Positions 9,294 to 19,226 of a stretch of 64,000 bases of DNA are shown piece after piece. The stretch comes from a bacterium. Its GTDB lineage: Bacteria; SM23-31. The notes beneath the pieces were generated by a model. The model was given only the letters and a program-made list of their open reading frames with translations, was not told where the DNA came from and ran no database searches. The first letter of the stretch is position 1, and each line of letters opens with the position of its first letter. The stretch lies in the NCBI GenBank assembly GCA_965249485.1, contig OZ252239.1, positions 864,001-928,000 on the forward strand. The letters are read 5' to 3'. A program made the translations under genes and the position numbers.

Positions 9294-9911
9294 TCAGGGC
9301 TGTTTTTTGAGATCGGTGAATACGGTCTTTAGATCGCATGCTAATTCATTCGTGTCTGATCGGTAAAAATCGCAACGGGTCTCAAGGATTTTCCTCAATT
9401 TTTCTCTGGCACGGTGCAGCCGAATTTTGACAGTATTGAGGCTGATTCCGAGAATTTCTGCAATCTCACGGTTTGTGAAATCTTCAATTTCACTGAGTAC
9501 AAGTACTGTTTTGTAATTTGACGAGAGTGTGTCAATGAAGTTTCGAATGCACGTATTCATCTCTTTTCGGACAATCTGATTCTCTGCTAACGGCATCTTC
9601 TTTCCACTCCAGACTTTTTTATTCTCCTCGTGATCTGGTTCAATGTCTTCGGATACGGTCTTCTTCTGTAATCGTTTATATGCGGAACCACGCATCCTGT
9701 CAATTGCTGTGTTGGTTGCAATTCTGTAAATCCACGTTGACAGGCTCGATTTGCCTTTAAATGAATATAATCCATTGAGAATTTTTATGAATGCTTCCTG
9801 TGTAAGATCTTCGGCATCTTCCCGATTACCGGTCACTCTCAGCAGATAATGGAGGATTTTAGTATGATATTCTTTATGGATTTTTTGAAAATGGAGAGTA
9901 GTTTCTGTCAT
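9294..9911 (-). CDS. ECF RNA polymerase sigma factor with a Cys-containing C-terminal tail
   Basis: DAEDLTQEAF, STWIYRIATN, EIAEILGISLNTVKIRLHRAR; tail RCDFYRSDTNELACD. Confidence 0.95.
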   Translation of the reverse strand: MTETTLHFQKIHKEYHTKILHYLLRVTGNREDAEDLTQEAFIKILNGLYSFKGKSSLSTWIYRIATNTAIDRMRGSAYKRLQKKTVSEDIEPDHEENKKVWSGKKMPLAENQIVRKEMNTCIRNFIDTLSSNYKTVLVLSEIEDFTNREIAEILGISLNTVKIRLHRAREKLRKILETRCDFYRSDTNELACDLKTVFTDLKKQP

Positions 9912-10152
9912 TATGCACCCCCTCAGAAATCATTTTGATCTTTTCTGCAATAATGATTGCTTATATTCTTTTGAGAGCAGAAATAATGCAATAATATGAA
10001 CAATCGTCACATTCCCGGTGGAAAAATAAGCACACAAACAATCTATGTATTATACGTCATGTTTTTTGAGAGGACAAAAATACATACGGTAATATGAATC
10101 AAAAAACAAGTCAAATGTATTGTAGATACTCAATTGAAATGATTGATAAATA

Positions 10153-10181
10153 TTGACATAGTTGCCAGAAGTATGTACCTT
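10153..10181 (+). promoter_or_regulatory. sigma70 promoter candidate
   Basis: TTGACA-N17-TACCTT upstream of the M24 gene. Confidence 0.45.
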
Positions 10182-10341
10182 AGATTAAGCATCACAGAGT
10201 AGTAACCATATCTTAATACATTCAATATAATCAGATCTATTTTTCTCAAAGAACCTCAGAGTTTTCATATCTATACATAGAGATCAATAAATTGAATACC
10301 GTTTTTTCAATTTTATTTAGAGCAATTGGGAGGATATATCC

Positions 10342-11730
10342 ATGAATCGGTTTATGGTTGTATTGATTATATTGGTGGTGCTGATTGCCGGTGTGGTTGA
10401 AATGTCAGTCTCACAATCCACACATGAAATTATCCCTGAGCGTGAGCGGGTACAAATTATGGACAGTTGGCTGAAGTGGAAATTTGAACATGTGCTGCCC
10501 GGAATCATGCAGGGTGAAGACATCGATTTATGGATCGTGCGCAACAACGAAGGGCCGGTGTACCTCTCGCTGCTTTCAACTGATTACGAGGGATTAGTTC
10601 TCAGCACACCTTCATTTCTTATTTTACACGATCAGGGCCCCGGAAAAGGGATTGAGCGGCTGGAAGGAAACTATGCTGACCTGCCGCAGATTATCGAAAA
10701 GCAGAATCCGTCAGCAATCGGCATCAATATTTCAGATGAAGGCTGGCGTCGTGGGGATGGATTTTTTCCCACCGATGTAGAGGATTTCAAAAATGATCTG
10801 GGACGTAAATATGCTTCAAGAATAGTATCGGCAGCGAATCTAAGCATTGAATGGCTTACGTCAAAATCTCCTCAGGAACTCAATACCTATCGTTATGCTG
10901 TCCGTGTGGCACGTTCGATCATTGCAAAAGCTTTTTCGAACGACGTCATCATTCCCGATGTTACTACCACAGCCAACTTGAACTGGTGGTTGGTACAAGC
11001 CTATCTCGATAATGATTTTCTCGTTGTCGATCACCCCTCAGTTTCAATAACCCGGAGTAAGGACGAAATTCCGAAATATCCCGAATCTGCTCACTATTTC
11101 GAAGGTCAGAGCAGAATCGGCAATGGAGTCGATATAGTTATCAGACGGGGAGACCTTGTTGGGTGCGATTCCGGTATAAAATATATGGGGATCAATACCG
11201 ATACCAAAGCGTATGCCTATGTTTTGAAGGATGGTGAAACCGACGCTCCTGAGGGATTAAAACAGGGACTACGGAATGGCAACAGGGTGCAGGATATTTT
11301 CACGACAGAATGGAGAGTAGGACAGACCGGAGATGAAATCGCCCGGAGAGCTGCACAGAAAGCTGTTGGCGAAGATCTGCGTCCAAGAATTTACAGCCAC
11401 CCGATCAGCTACTTTCTCAAACGGTACGGTAGGAGTGGTTTATATTTTACCCGCGAGCATTTCTTTCCCGGAACGTCATTCAATTCGGAAAGCAGGAATG
11501 CCGGTACTCGGGATCCGCACGATGTTCGGAGCGGGTCGTATTACTCTATAAGAAGTGGTGATTATCCGCTCCATTATAACACAATAACCTCACTAGAACT
11601 TAGTAATACAACATACATTCCCGAATGGGGTAGGGATATAGAATACAGGCTTGAAGAGAATGTGATGTTTACCGAGCGGGGTGTTAAATATCTCGATACC
11701 CGCCAGACCGAATTTCACCTGATACAGTAG
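10342..11730 (+). CDS. Secreted M24-family (Xaa-Pro aminopeptidase-like) metallopeptidase
   Basis: Ligand motifs CDSG..TD, SHP, SLE, LEEN; signal peptide. Confidence 0.85.
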   Translation: MNRFMVVLIILVVLIAGVVEMSVSQSTHEIIPERERVQIMDSWLKWKFEHVLPGIMQGEDIDLWIVRNNEGPVYLSLLSTDYEGLVLSTPSFLILHDQGPGKGIERLEGNYADLPQIIEKQNPSAIGINISDEGWRRGDGFFPTDVEDFKNDLGRKYASRIVSAANLSIEWLTSKSPQELNTYRYAVRVARSIIAKAFSNDVIIPDVTTTANLNWWLVQAYLDNDFLVVDHPSVSITRSKDEIPKYPESAHYFEGQSRIGNGVDIVIRRGDLVGCDSGIKYMGINTDTKAYAYVLKDGETDAPEGLKQGLRNGNRVQDIFTTEWRVGQTGDEIARRAAQKAVGEDLRPRIYSHPISYFLKRYGRSGLYFTREHFFPGTSFNSESRNAGTRDPHDVRSGSYYSIRSGDYPLHYNTITSLELSNTTYIPEWGRDIEYRLEENVMFTERGVKYLDTRQTEFHLIQ

Positions 11731-11891
11731 TGGGTATCTCAAGAATATTATACGTACTAAATTTTATTTTAATGTCTTTGCTAGGAACGTGACGACGTTG
11801 CAATCTGTGGTTTGAGCAACTTTAATTTTATGTATTTATATGTATAGTGAGTCAATCAAATAAAATGTGATTTATTAACGCTAAGGGGTAT

Positions 11892-13313
11892 ATGATGAAA
11901 ACATTAAAAATTATCAGTATTGCGCTGCTTGTTGCACAGATATTTGCTGGATGCGGTACTTCGAAATACGATGAAATTTTTTCAACTGATAATTTCAGCA
12001 ACCTCCTGCCACAACGTGCAGAAGTCGAATTGATTGAGGAATGGCTCCAGTGGAAGATCGACAATTTCCTGCCCGAACTCATGGAGCGGGAAGGTATTGA
12101 AATGTGGATTATTACAGAAGAGGACACAAGGCTCTATCCGTTTCTGATCCACGCAAACAATGACGGTTTTGTCGGCCGGAACAGCTTCTATCTTGCTATT
12201 GCTCATAAAGCAGGTCAAGTAGGTGTCGAGCGGTACATGATCGGCAACTCCGATAGTTTCCGTGAGTGGGGACCTATGTTTCCGGATCAGGTGTTTACAC
12301 AGTCGGGAAGCCTCGAAAAACTTTCGGGAATCGTAACTGAATTAAGACCTGGAAAAATTGCGGCAGGTGCTGCATGGAACAACGATCTCGAAGTAGCGCT
12401 CGGACCGACGCTCTCTAACAGGCTTGTTGCCGCGGACCGGATTGCGGGGCTCTGGATGGAATACAGGACACCACATCAGCTCGAGGCATATAAGACAGTT
12501 ATCGATCTTACCCACGACCTTATTGCAGGCGGCTTTTCGAGCGATGTTGTAACGCCAGACGTCACAACCTCGAACGATATCAACTGGTGGGTAAAACAGC
12601 GGGTTTCCGACCTTGGATTTGATGATAATTTCGGTCCGACCGTCATGGTATGGAGAAGTCTTGAAGAAAATGAAAAGTACGGTGACCAGGAAGAAAAATT
12701 CCGGATCGATATTCCTCCGCACAACCTTTACGAAACGGTTATCAGGCGTGGTGATGTGCTCTCATGCGATATTGGTATCCGGTATCTCGGCCTCTCAACC
12801 GACATTCAGCAGGTAGCCTACGTGCTGAAAGAAGGCGAATCGGATGTCCCGGAAGGACTCAAGGAAGCACTGCGCCGTGGTAACAGGCTGCAGGATATCC
12901 TTATTGAAGAATTCAAGGAAGGGCTCACTGGGAATGAAATACTCTTTGCAACACTTGACAGGGCAAAAGCAGAAGGACTCAGACCCGAGGTCTATTGCCA
13001 TACAATGGGGTCGTACATCCACCGATACGGATTTAAAGGCGGTGTCATGCCGAAAACTTATGCAGGTTTCGGCCCGTCGGTCGGATCCGAAGGACATTTC
13101 GACGAAAACGGCAACCAGTTATCAACACGGAACGGTGAACGGGTAGTCAATACGAACACAATTTATTCAATGGAACTCGACATCACGTATGCCTTGCCTG
13201 AATGGAACAGCCAGGATATCCGGATCGTTCTTGAAGAAGATGTTGCCTTTACGTCGGATGACGGGCTCTTTTTTCCCGGCGGCCGCCAGACCGAATGGCT
13301 TGTGATCCGATAA
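11892..13313 (+). CDS. M24-family metallopeptidase, lipoprotein
   Basis: Lipobox FAGC; CDIG..TD, CHT, SME, LEED; paralog of the upstream gene. Confidence 0.85.
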   Translation: MMKTLKIISIALLVAQIFAGCGTSKYDEIFSTDNFSNLLPQRAEVELIEEWLQWKIDNFLPELMEREGIEMWIITEEDTRLYPFLIHANNDGFVGRNSFYLAIAHKAGQVGVERYMIGNSDSFREWGPMFPDQVFTQSGSLEKLSGIVTELRPGKIAAGAAWNNDLEVALGPTLSNRLVAADRIAGLWMEYRTPHQLEAYKTVIDLTHDLIAGGFSSDVVTPDVTTSNDINWWVKQRVSDLGFDDNFGPTVMVWRSLEENEKYGDQEEKFRIDIPPHNLYETVIRRGDVLSCDIGIRYLGLSTDIQQVAYVLKEGESDVPEGLKEALRRGNRLQDILIEEFKEGLTGNEILFATLDRAKAEGLRPEVYCHTMGSYIHRYGFKGGVMPKTYAGFGPSVGSEGHFDENGNQLSTRNGERVVNTNTIYSMELDITYALPEWNSQDIRIVLEEDVAFTSDDGLFFPGGRQTEWLVIR

Positions 13314-13320
13314 TGAATCC

Positions 13321-13378
13321 CGTCGACCGTAATACCGGTTCATTGTGTTATTGATCCGGGACGAAGCGGAGATATCTC
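13321..13378 (+). repeat. Dispersed REP-like repeat, copy 1 (diverged)
   Basis: TCGACCG...CCGG..CCGG.ACGAAGCGGAGATATCTC, similar to the copies at 20751 and 60848. Confidence 0.5.
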
Positions 13379-13486
13379 AGTCAAAAAATTTTCCGAATTC
13401 TTAGAGTTCGGCATTAAATATAATTTCATTTTTTGACCTATTGCTAGCACAGCTCACGTAACAATCAGATAGCCAAAAGGAGAACT

Positions 13487-15052
13487 ATGCACTCTTTTTT
13501 GATAATCCTTATCCTGCTGATGACAGTAACGCCAACACTGTCTCTTACTCAGCCACTGCACCACGAGAATCCCCCATCCGAACAGGATATCAGAGCATTA
13601 GTCCGTGAATACCTGACGGAGCATCAGCATGCAATTATAGATAGATATATCGAACTGCTCTCATTGCCGAACCATTCATATAACAGCGAAGATATTCTTA
13701 GAAATGCAGACTTCATTGTAGATTTAATGGAAAAGAGAGGTATAAAGACAAAGGTGTATGACGGCGGGCATGAGAATCCAAAAAATCCTGTCATTTACGG
13801 TGAACGAATTGTTCCGAATGCTGAGCGGACACTTCTTTTTTATGCTCACTATGATGGGCAGCGTGTCATTCCTGAACGATGGACAGATTCAACCCCCTTT
13901 TCACCGGTACTTCGCCCTGGAAAACTTGAAGCGGGTACCAATGAGCCTAAACCCATTCAATTTCCTGACAAAAAGACGCCGTACGAAGATGACTGGCGGA
14001 TTTATGCCAGATCGGCGAGCGATGATAAGGCTCCTTTTATTGCGATACTGGCGGCTATCGATGCCGTGACAGATAGAGGAATTGAACTGAATAATTCCAT
14101 AAAATTCGTTTTTGATGGTGCCGAGGAAGAAGGTTCCGCACATCTGATCGATTTTTTCGAATCGAATTCTGAACTGCTTACCTGCGACGTTGTATTCATC
14201 TGTGACGGCCCGGTCTATCCGACCGGGCAGCCGACACTCTTTTTCGGTAACAGGGGAATTCAAAGTTTGACTCTTACCGTGTACGGCCCCAACACAAATC
14301 TACACAGCGGACATTACGGAAACTGGGCTCCAAATCCGGCATATAAACTGGCACGGCTCCTCACAAGTTTCAAAGATGAAAATGGCACTGTTGTTGTAAA
14401 AGACTTCTATGATACGATCGCACCACTCAACAACCGTGAACTCCGGGCGTTGCAAGAACTTCCGAAACTCGATGAACTGCTCAGAAATCAGTACGAATTT
14501 GCCGTTCCCGATGGTTCGGGCAAAAGTCTCAACGAGTTGATATACCGTCCCTCATTGAATATCAGAATGCTCGAAAGCGGTATGAACCGTACCATTATTC
14601 CTCATCAGGCCAGCGCCCTGATGGATATACGTCTAGTCAAAGGGACCGACGGATCCGATCTAATAGCAAAACTTACAAAACATATCGAAAATCAAGGATA
14701 TCTCATAGTCGAAGAAGATCCCGGCCATGAAATCAGAATGACCAACCCGAACATTGCAAAAATTACTGCCGGTACACCCACACCTGCATCCCGGACGTCG
14801 ATGGAACTACTCGTATCCCTTGGTATTATTGCTACCATGTTAAAAACATTCGATGGCGATGTGGCTCTCATACCGTCACTTGGTGGAACGGGTCCGACCT
14901 ATATGTTTACCGATCTGCTCGATCTTCCTGCAATAGGCGTCCCGATTGCAAATCCCGACAATAATCAGCATCAGTATGATGAGAACATCCGGATAGGTAA
15001 TCTCTGGCGTGGAATTGAGACCATGGCTGCTCTGCTCGTGGCGGATTGGTAA
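13487..15052 (+). CDS. M20/M25/M40 family metallo-hydrolase, secreted
   Basis: AHYDGQ, ARSASDDK, EEEGS, HSGHYGN, NQH..DEN. Confidence 0.9.
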   Translation: MHSFLIILILLMTVTPTLSLTQPLHHENPPSEQDIRALVREYLTEHQHAIIDRYIELLSLPNHSYNSEDILRNADFIVDLMEKRGIKTKVYDGGHENPKNPVIYGERIVPNAERTLLFYAHYDGQRVIPERWTDSTPFSPVLRPGKLEAGTNEPKPIQFPDKKTPYEDDWRIYARSASDDKAPFIAILAAIDAVTDRGIELNNSIKFVFDGAEEEGSAHLIDFFESNSELLTCDVVFICDGPVYPTGQPTLFFGNRGIQSLTLTVYGPNTNLHSGHYGNWAPNPAYKLARLLTSFKDENGTVVVKDFYDTIAPLNNRELRALQELPKLDELLRNQYEFAVPDGSGKSLNELIYRPSLNIRMLESGMNRTIIPHQASALMDIRLVKGTDGSDLIAKLTKHIENQGYLIVEEDPGHEIRMTNPNIAKITAGTPTPASRTSMELLVSLGIIATMLKTFDGDVALIPSLGGTGPTYMFTDLLDLPAIGVPIANPDNNQHQYDENIRIGNLWRGIETMAALLVADW

Positions 15053-15268
15053 GAGATAACAGGGAATATTATAAATAACCATTTGACTTTGGGAAAAATA
15101 TTCGTATTTTTACGCCGGATATTATATTCCAGTTGCTGTCCGGGTTTGTGCATTCCTCAGTTTACTCAATCATCATGTAACGCGCGATTTTTTCACTTCC
15201 GGAACATAGAGTATAATTGGATTATTTTAGATTCACATATCAGGGAAATTTCGCCCAACGATAGATAA

Positions 15269-16012
15269 ATGACTATGAAAACACAAACACGACGGGAATT
15301 TTTAAAAAAGAGTGCCTCCGCCGGAGGCGTTGTAGCAGGTGGGATATTGATAGGGTCCCTGCCGGCATTATCATGCAATTCAACAACACCACGTTATAGA
15401 GAAGAGGAGCAACACATGGCACATGAATTACCACCATTACCATATGCATATGACGCATTTACCGAAGTAATCGATGAACAGACGATGCGTCTTCACCATG
15501 ATATACATCATCAAGGTTATGTAAACGGCCTCAATAAAGCAGAGCAGATGCTTACCGGGGCACGGGACAATAGCGATTTCGGGCTAGTAAAATACTGGGA
15601 AAAAGAACTTGCATTCCACGGCTCGGGACACGCTCTGCACACGATTTTCTGGAATAATCTCTCCCCGAACGGAGGTGGGACACCTTCAGGTGATTTGGGC
15701 AGTGCAATCGACAGGGATTTCGGCAGTTTTGACAAGTTCAACGCACATTTTCTGGCTTCAACCAATGGCGTCGAAGGAAGCGGCTGGGGCATCCTTGCCT
15801 ACCATAAAGCATGGGACAAACTCAACGTGCTGCAAGTCGAAAAACACCACGACGTAACTGTCTTCGGTGCGGTTCCGCTTTTAGCGGTCGATGTGTGGGA
15901 ACATGCATATTACCTGAAATACCAGAACAAGCGTCCTGAGTACACAAAAAACATTTTCAATATCTTCAATTGGGAAGATGTCGCACAGCGGTATGCAGAT
16001 GCACGCGGCTAA
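15269..16012 (+). CDS. sod: Fe/Mn superoxide dismutase with Tat signal
   Basis: TRREFLK Tat motif; LPPLPYAYDA, HHDIHHQGYV, GHALHTIFW, DVWEHAYY. Confidence 0.95.
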   Translation: MTMKTQTRREFLKKSASAGGVVAGGILIGSLPALSCNSTTPRYREEEQHMAHELPPLPYAYDAFTEVIDEQTMRLHHDIHHQGYVNGLNKAEQMLTGARDNSDFGLVKYWEKELAFHGSGHALHTIFWNNLSPNGGGTPSGDLGSAIDRDFGSFDKFNAHFLASTNGVEGSGWGILAYHKAWDKLNVLQVEKHHDVTVFGAVPLLAVDVWEHAYYLKYQNKRPEYTKNIFNIFNWEDVAQRYADARG

Positions 16013-16057
16013 CCCGTACATGCAGTGGTAGAAAGATAATTTCCAGGATGAAAATTC

Positions 16058-16092
16058 GAGCCGGTCTCGTATGATACGAGATCGGCTTTATT
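16058..16092 (+). terminator. Rho-independent terminator after sod
   Basis: AGCCGGTCTCGTA-TGA-TACGAGATCGGCT followed by TTATT. Confidence 0.7.
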
Positions 16093-16125
16093 GTGCCTAG
16101 TCTCTTTATTTTAACTCCATAAAAA

Positions 16126-16182
16126 TATTTTTAGACAAGGCTAAAAATAATGTTTGCATATCCTCATTTGTTTTTGTATACT
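16126..16182 (+). promoter_or_regulatory. 9-6-9 inverted repeat (DtxR/MntR-like box) abutting a sigma70 promoter
   Basis: TATTTTTAG-ACAAGG-CTAAAAATA (16126-16149), then TTGCAT-N17-TATACT (16154-16182). Confidence 0.6.
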
Positions 16183-16257
16183 GTTACTCATTGCATCTAA
16201 CCTTTGAAGAAATATTACAATTCAAACTATAAATGTTATGAGAAACAACACAAAAAT

Positions 16258-17469
16258 ATGCACAAAAATATATTTGCATTCGATAGATATTGCCGGAGCA
16301 ATCCGTCAAAAACCGCATTCGCTTTTTTCCTTTTCGGAATGTTCGCCTGTGGCGAACTCCTAACAGAAGCACCCACCGAGGGAGATACACTCGACGGAAC
16401 ACTTTCCGGAATTTCATCCGAGTTAAATGCATCATTTGCTCGCGGAGATGAAGCATTCGAGAAGGTTTTTACTGTATCATCCGGACTGGGACCCATTTTT
16501 AACCAGCCGAGCTGTGAAACGTGCCATCCGGGTGACGGCAGAGGAACACCCGAAACAATTCTGATCCGTTTCAGCAGAGGGGCCGATTTCATAGAAAATG
16601 AAGGTGGAGGACAGTTGCAGGACAAAAGTATCACAGGTGTACCGCAAGAGATTCTGCCATCTGGCGTCGATACATCACCAAGAATGGCGCCTCCGGTGTT
16701 CGGGATGGGACTCATCGAAGGGATTCCGGACGAAACGCTTCTTGCACTCGAAGACCCGGACGATCTTGACGGAAACGGTATTTCAGGCAGAGTGAATAGA
16801 GTGCCTTCTATCGAAACCGGCGCCATGGAAATCGGTCGGTTCGGCAGAAAAGCTAATACTGCTACGCTTGTTGATCAGGTCTCGCTTGCCTATCATCAGG
16901 ATATTGGTATTACAACCGACGTAATTCCTGATGAGAATCGACATCCGCAAGCAGGGAATGTTGCGCTGGGTGATGTTGTTCCCGATCCGGAACTTCCGAT
17001 TTCAACCGTTTTTGATGTGGTGATGTATATCCGGCTGCTCGCCCCGCCGGACAGGGGTTCTGAAACAGCAGAAACAGAACGGGGAAAAACCATTTTCGAT
17101 GAAATAGAATGTTCTGCGTGCCATGTTCCGTCACTGCAAACCGGTCCGAATGTGATACCGCAGCTTGACCGTGTTGATGCCGAACTTTACTCCGATCTGC
17201 TACTCCACGATATGGGACCAGAACTTGCAGATAATAGGCCTGACCATGGAGCGACGGGTACGGAATGGCGGACACTGCCACTCTGGGGTCTCCGCGTTGC
17301 AGGTAAAGCGCTCGGAGGAAATGTTACGTACCTCCATGATGGTAGAACATCCGACTTATCAGAGGCGATTAGGCTTCACGGTGGAGAAGCAGAAATGGTA
17401 CGGAATAGATTTAACGACCTTTCCGAAGAAGACCGGAACGCATTACTTGCGTTTCTCTTATCATTATAA
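16258..17469 (+). CDS. Di-heme oxidoreductase (DHOR/DUF1111) family lipoprotein
   Basis: GLGPIFNQPSCETCH, DPDD.DG.GISGR, GRFGRKA, CSACH, SDLLLHDMG, EWRT.PLWG, YLHDGR; lipobox FAC. ATG 16258 preferred over TTG 16204. Confidence 0.9.
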   Translation: MHKNIFAFDRYCRSNPSKTAFAFFLFGMFACGELLTEAPTEGDTLDGTLSGISSELNASFARGDEAFEKVFTVSSGLGPIFNQPSCETCHPGDGRGTPETILIRFSRGADFIENEGGGQLQDKSITGVPQEILPSGVDTSPRMAPPVFGMGLIEGIPDETLLALEDPDDLDGNGISGRVNRVPSIETGAMEIGRFGRKANTATLVDQVSLAYHQDIGITTDVIPDENRHPQAGNVALGDVVPDPELPISTVFDVVMYIRLLAPPDRGSETAETERGKTIFDEIECSACHVPSLQTGPNVIPQLDRVDAELYSDLLLHDMGPELADNRPDHGATGTEWRTLPLWGLRVAGKALGGNVTYLHDGRTSDLSEAIRLHGGEAEMVRNRFNDLSEEDRNALLAFLLSL

Positions 17470-17480
17470 TGTGAATAATT

Positions 17481-17933
17481 ATGAGATCACTTGATAAGAA
17501 CATAACACGGAGAAGATTTATCAAACAGTCAACCAAATCCGTCGTTGCTGCAAGTTGTACAGCATATGGATTTTCCGGTTGTGCGATAACTCAGACTTAC
17601 AAAGGTACTACCCGAAATGGAATGTTTACCGGCGTTATTGCAGAATATCCGGAGATTTCGACAGCAGGAGGAGCGATCATTCTCGAAGCTGAAGGGCTGC
17701 AAGAACCGGTTGCGGTAATCAATATTGACGGGGCTGAAATCAGAGCGTTTTCTGCACTGTGCGCGCATATGGGCTGCACTGTCGGCGTATCGCAGAATTT
17801 TTTCCTCTGTCCCTGTCACGGTTCGACCTATGACCTCACCGGCTCGGTTGTCCGCGGTCCTGCACAAAAAGGGCTAAAACGGTATCCTGTCACGGTGAGT
17901 AGCGGTTCGTTTACTATCGATCTCAGCAGATAA
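17481..17933 (+). CDS. Tat-exported Rieske [2Fe-2S] protein (probable lipoprotein)
   Basis: TRRRFIK; CAHMGC and CPCHGS motifs. Confidence 0.92.
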   Translation: MRSLDKNITRRRFIKQSTKSVVAASCTAYGFSGCAITQTYKGTTRNGMFTGVIAEYPEISTAGGAIILEAEGLQEPVAVINIDGAEIRAFSALCAHMGCTVGVSQNFFLCPCHGSTYDLTGSVVRGPAQKGLKRYPVTVSSGSFTIDLSR

Positions 17934-17945
17934 AGGATTCAATAC

Positions 17946-19121
17946 ATGAAGCGAAATAGATTACTTTTTTTCACACTTTTTTTCACACTTGTCACTGCTC
18001 AACATCTGTGGGCATTTCAGGACATACGCGACGTACCTTTTATCCGGGGTGGAGCGTATGATAAACCCTATCTCTATAAACTTGCATCCGGTAGAGCTGC
18101 ACTCGGTGGGTACGCTGAGACTCATTTCAGGTTTGAACGGGAAGAAGGAGTGACCGAAGAGCTAACCTTCGTTCCGAAACGGTTCAATCTCTTTATGCAT
18201 GCAAATGTTTCTCAGCGTGTGCAGATGGCAGCCGAACTAGAATTCGAAGAAGGGACTGAAGAGATTCTCCTTGAACTTGCTGTCATCGATTTCAGGCTCC
18301 ACCATACACTGACTTTCAGGGGAGGTATGCTCCTGTCGCCGCTCGGGAAGTTCAATCTGGCACACGACAGCCCGGCAAATAAAATGACTGACCGGCCGCT
18401 TGTCAGTACACAAATCATCCCGACAACTCTATCTGAACCCGGCATGGGAATTCTCGGATCGTTTTATCCGTCTGCACAATCCCGAATAACATATGAACTC
18501 TATGCAGTAAATGGTTTCACCTCCGATATCATAAACGAAAGTCCCGAGGGGACGCGTATTGCGGAGGGGAAACACAATATCGAAGATAACAACAATTCGC
18601 CGGCATTTGTCGGGCGGATCGGATATAGCCCAATATCGGAAACCGATCTCGGTTTTTCATGGCATTCCGGAAAATATAATGTTACCGAACTTGACGGTCT
18701 CACTATCGATGAAGACAGGAACCTGACAATTCTTGCACTCGACGGGGAAGTGAGACGAGGCAGGTATGAACTGCTTGGCGAATATGCTCATGCATCGATC
18801 GATATCCCGGCAAACCTTGCGGGGACAATATTTGCTTCAGGACAACAGGGATTCTACCTGCAGACTAGCGTAGCATTCCTGAACGAGAAAATCGCGACGA
18901 TCCCGGAATCATATTTTGAAGGGGTTGTCCGGTACGACAGGGTTGATTTTGATACGGATGTTGATGGTGACACCCATACACGGCTGACACTCGGATTAAA
19001 TTTCCGGCCAACAGCCGATTCGGTCCTCAAACTCAACTATGCTTACAACTGGATGCGTGATGGCCTCAATGTTGAAACGAACAGCGCAGGCATCCTTTTC
19101 AGCTTTGCAACATACTTTTGA
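17946..19121 (+). CDS. Outer-membrane beta-barrel porin
   Basis: Signal peptide, alternating beta strands, C-terminal FSFATYF. Confidence 0.75.
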   Translation: MKRNRLLFFTLFFTLVTAQHLWAFQDIRDVPFIRGGAYDKPYLYKLASGRAALGGYAETHFRFEREEGVTEELTFVPKRFNLFMHANVSQRVQMAAELEFEEGTEEILLELAVIDFRLHHTLTFRGGMLLSPLGKFNLAHDSPANKMTDRPLVSTQIIPTTLSEPGMGILGSFYPSAQSRITYELYAVNGFTSDIINESPEGTRIAEGKHNIEDNNNSPAFVGRIGYSPISETDLGFSWHSGKYNVTELDGLTIDEDRNLTILALDGEVRRGRYELLGEYAHASIDIPANLAGTIFASGQQGFYLQTSVAFLNEKIATIPESYFEGVVRYDRVDFDTDVDGDTHTRLTLGLNFRPTADSVLKLNYAYNWMRDGLNVETNSAGILFSFATYF

Positions 19122-19226
19122 TGTGCCGCTTTAATCAAACAACGGGAAAATCAGAAATAATTGCTGGAACATTTGAATTCAAATGCATATAATATCATCA
19201 ATTGTGGAACACATGGAGATACTCCT

